35,617 nt of DNA from an uncultured virus (IMG/VR IMGVR_UViG_3300034012_002207) (taxonomy: Duplodnaviria; Heunggongvirae; Uroviricota; Caudoviricetes), in the IMG/VR virus record IMGVR_UViG_3300034012_002207; one strand, 5' to 3'. The notes under the pieces were generated by a model. That model searched no databases and had not been told where the DNA came from. It was given only the letters and a program-made list of their open reading frames with translations. A program made the translations under genes and the position numbers. The first letter of the stretch is position 1. Every line of letters starts with the position of its first letter. Shown piece after piece: positions 32,763 to 35,617 of this stretch.

Positions 32763-35617
32763 TTAAATATAATAAACTATAGTTTCTATAATTCCTGATG
32801 GATAAGATATAGCTCCTACTTTACCTCCGTATAATTGAGGCTCTATTGTAATTGTGGACTGCCAAGGTATTGAAAACTGTCCCCATATACTTATTGTAAC
32901 ATTATTAATACTTCTAATTAACGGAGGACCAAAAAATACTTTATCCCAATCCGAATTACTTATAGGTATAATAGGTACATAACTTGTATCTCTTCCAAAA
33001 CCAGATCCATCAAATGTAGCTAAATTTATTTCTGTACTGTTAGGTTTAGTATATATTGCAGATCTTTTAGGAATTCTTCGACCACTTACAGTCATACCAA
33101 TATTTAAATCAGTACTAGTATTAAATCTTAAGTATTCACTATTAGCCGCAAGTGTAGGAGTTCTTCGAAAATAAGTAGAAGGTAGTCCTGGGCCCCTAAC
33201 AATATAACCATATTTTATATCATATAGTCCAAGATGTGGTATTGGTATTACTGTATCACCTCCATTATAGTACGTAAAATTATTTGTTTGAACAGTTACT
33301 CGATCTTGGCCGTATTGCATACTAAAGAAATAAATATGATAGCTATAAGTTTTACCATGTTGAATTGCGGTATAGCCAGGATATAAACTATTAGCAGCAT
33401 CATCTGTAGATTCTAAAATATCTACAACTATATCTTTGGTCTCTTTACCCCACTCTGCATCAATGCCTCCATAGATATATTTTTTAAAAACATGCACAGT
33501 GCCTACAGGAGGATTAATTCCAAGAGTATGTTTAAATCTTAAAGAATCTACTGGTGCATATCCATCACCAATATTAGTTCTATACACAAGTATACCGTAT
33601 ACTCCGGTAAATAAATGCTGTGAAATTTCCATTGTAAGAGTAAATTTTAAATTTACTCTATAACTTTTAGTTGCATCTGTATTTCCTGGAATAGTAACAA
33701 TAGGTCTAGCTTTAGTTCCATCATTTGCTATGCTAGACAATTCAAAACCATTAACAAAATTTTCACCATTATAACCTTGCGTATCAAAATCCTCATCTGG
33801 TGCCGCCGGGCTTGTTATACCATAAAGATATTTAATTTGTGAAATACTCTGTATTACTCCAAAATTGGCATTATTACTACTTACTAATTTTCCATTAAGA
33901 GCAACAACACCATCTTTTACTACAATATTTGCTGTACTATTACCAAATGCTACAGTATTGCTAGCATTACTACTTCCCCCAGTAATAACGGCTCCGCTAC
34001 CGGATGTAATGGTTGTTCCTGTTACTACTGGATTACCTACTGTTAGTGATTGATTTACCAGTATAGTATTGCTACTTAATTTATCGGCTGTAATACTACC
34101 AGCACTAATTTTATCAGCGGTAACAGCATTAGCCTCTATTTTAGCAGCAGTAACAGCATTAGCATTGATTTTATCAGCAGTAACAGCATTAGCATTGATT
34201 TTATCAGCAGTAACAGCATTAGCATTGATTTTATCAGCAGTAACAGCGTTAGCCTCTATTTTAGCAGCAGTAACAGCGTTAGCATTGATTTTATCAGCGG
34301 TAACAGCGTTAGCATTGATTTTATCAGCAGTAACAGCGTTAGCATTGATTTTATCAGCAGTAACAGCGTTAGCACTAATTTTATCAGCAGTAACAGCGTT
34401 AGCATTGATTTTATCAGCAGTAACAGCGTTAGCCTCTATTTTAGCAGCAGTAACAGCATTAGCATTGATTTTATCAGCGGTAACAGCGTTAGCATTGATT
34501 TTATCAGCGGTAACAGCATTAGCCTCTATTTTAGCAGCAGTAACAGCGTTAGCACTAATTTTATCAGCAGTAACAGCATTAGCATTGATTTTATCAGCGG
34601 TAACAGCGTTAGCACTAATTTTATCAGCAGTAACAGCATTAGCATTGATTTTATCAGCAGTAACAGCATTAGCATTGATTTTATCAGCAGTAACAGCATT
34701 AGTAATAATTTTATCAGCAGTAACAGCATCATTGGCTATTTTTACACTAGTAATAGCATCAGTAGCTATTTTTACACTAGTAATAGCATCAGTAGCTATT
34801 TTTACGCTAGTAACAGCATTAGTAATAATTTTATCAGCAGTAACAGCATCATTGGCTATTTTTACACTAGTAATAGCATCAGTAGCTATTTTTACACTAG
34901 TAATAGCATCAGTAGCTATTTTTACACTAGTAATGGCATTAGAAACTATTTTTTCACTAGTAATGGCATCAGAAACTATTTTTTCACTAGTAATTGCATT
35001 TGTTTTAATATTACTTGTACCTACTATATCTCCATTAAGAGCAATAACTCCATCTTTTACTACAATATTAGCAGTACTATTGCCAAAAGCTACAGTATTG
35101 CTAGCATTACTACTTCCGCCAGTAATAACGGCTCCACTACCTGATGTAATAGTTGTGCCTGTTACTACTGGATTACCTACTGTTAGTGATTGATTTACTA
35201 ATATAGTATTGCTACTTAATTTATCAGCTGTAACAGCATTAGCACTAATTTTATCAGCGGTAACAGCGTTAGCACTAATTTTATCAGCAGTAACAGCATT
35301 AGCCTCTATTTTAGCAGCAGTAACAGCATTAGCATTGATTTTATCAGCAGTAACAGCATTAGCATTGATTTTATCAGCAGTAACAGCGTTAGCATTGATT
35401 TTATCAGCAGTAACAGCGTTAGCACTAATTTTATCAGCGGTAACAGCGTTAGCACTAATTTTATCAGCGGTAACAGCGTTAGCATTGATTTTATCAGCAG
35501 TAACAGCATTAGCCTCTATTTTAGCAGCAGTAACAGCATTAGCATTGATTTTATCAGCAGTAACAGCGTTAGCATTGATTTTATCAGCGGTAACAGCATT
35601 AGTAATAATTTTATCAG
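32763..35617 (-). CDS. 3' part of a large tail/central-fibre (host-specificity-type) protein; starts outside the window
   Basis: The frame stays open upstream of the tracked TTG at 33740 and continues through the in-frame repeats. It encodes (ANAVTADKIN)n and AGSITADKL motifs typical of tail-tip proteins. Confidence 0.85.
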   Translation of the reverse strand, partial: DKIITNAVTADKINANAVTADKINANAVTAAKIEANAVTADKINANAVTADKISANAVTADKISANAVTADKINANAVTADKINANAVTADKINANAVTAAKIEANAVTADKISANAVTADKISANAVTADKLSSNTILVNQSLTVGNPVVTGTTITSGSGAVITGGSSNASNTVAFGNSTANIVVKDGVIALNGDIVGTSNIKTNAITSEKIVSDAITSEKIVSNAITSVKIATDAITSVKIATDAITSVKIANDAVTADKIITNAVTSVKIATDAITSVKIATDAITSVKIANDAVTADKIITNAVTADKINANAVTADKINANAVTADKISANAVTADKINANAVTADKISANAVTAAKIEANAVTADKINANAVTADKINANAVTAAKIEANAVTADKINANAVTADKISANAVTADKINANAVTADKINANAVTADKINANAVTAAKIEANAVTADKINANAVTADKINANAVTADKINANAVTAAKIEANAVTADKISAGSITADKLSSNTILVNQSLTVGNPVVTGTTITSGSGAVITGGSSNASNTVAFGNSTANIVVKDGVVALNGKLVSSNNANFGVIQSISQIKYLYGITSPAAPDEDFDTQGYNGENFVNGFELSSIANDGTKARPIVTIPGNTDATKSYRVNLKFTLTMEISQHLFTGVYGILVYRTNIGDGYAPVDSLRFKHTLGINPPVGTVHVFKKYIYGGIDAEWGKETKDIVVDILESTDDAANSLYPGYTAIQHGKTYSYHIYFFSMQYGQDRVTVQTNNFTYYNGGDTVIPIPHLGLYDIKYGYIVRGPGLPSTYFRRTPTLAANSEYLRFNTSTDLNIGMTVSGRRIPKRSAIYTKPNSTEINLATFDGSGFGRDTSYVPIIPISNSDWDKVFFGPPLIRSINNVTISIWGQFSIPWQSTITIEPQLYGGKVGAISYPSGIIETIVYYI
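33891..34080 (-). repeat. 190-bp duplicated spacer domain (second copy at 35031-35220)
   Basis: Manual alignment shows about 13 mismatches in 190 bp, nearly all synonymous. Confidence 0.92.
34081..35010 (-). repeat. 31 tandem 30-bp coding repeats
   Basis: Units such as TTATCAGCAGTAACAGCATTAGCATTGATT, giving peptides ANAVTADKIN, ANAVTAAKIE and TDAITSVKIA. Confidence 0.95.
35221..35617 (-). repeat. 13 or more tandem 30-bp coding repeats (truncated by the window)
   Basis: Same unit as in 34081-35010. Confidence 0.95.

Noticed and set aside
32763..33740. Stand-alone 325-aa gene
   Set aside because: The frame is open upstream of 33740, so this is the C-terminus of a longer protein.
34069..35193. 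374-aa + strand ORF (ALILSAVT repeats), plus the 34526-34732 and 35306-35509 ORFs
   Set aside because: These are antisense or alternate-frame shadows of the coding repeat.
33891..35220. 190-bp duplicate pair as a DGR template/variable repeat
   Set aside because: Mismatches are mostly synonymous and not adenine-specific, both copies lie in one ORF, and there is no reverse transcriptase in the window.
34081..35617. 30-bp repeats as a CRISPR array
   Set aside because: The units are head-to-tail with no unique spacers, are in frame within a tail gene, and no cas genes are present.
1..35617. tRNA, rRNA, intron, intein or homing endonuclease
   Set aside because: Intergenic gaps are short and show no cloverleaf. 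Helicase, RNR and nuclease genes are of normal length and uninterrupted.

Overview
Window from a lytic T5-like tailed dsDNA phage (Demerecviridae-style gene order), standard genetic code. The host is probably a Gram-negative proteobacterium, inferred from the two-component spanins, the signal-peptide PstS and the sigma70 promoters. The + strand (1-11029) carries the T5 replication/recombination block (D10 helicase, D11, D12/D13 SbcD/SbcC, D14, D15 flap endonuclease, dUTPase). Glutaredoxin, a class II aldolase and PstS are slotted between those genes, and a B12-dependent class II RNR follows them. A perfect 19-bp bidirectional terminator separates this arm from the - strand arm. In transcription order that arm holds: a large tail protein with 30-bp tandem repeats (runs off the window); a terminator/promoter junction; virion and fibre genes, including a 2563-aa fibre built from about 15 modules joined by one conserved motif; an uncharacterised four-gene exported/membrane module with a lectin-like Cys-repeat protein; spanins, a GH19 endolysin and small membrane proteins; PhoH; and a conserved hypothetical gene. 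The best candidates for new biology are the exported/membrane module (14919-18023), the cassette-like fibre with a fossil of a replaced S74 chaperone tail, and the nested repeat array. All calls come from reading motifs by eye; no searches were run.
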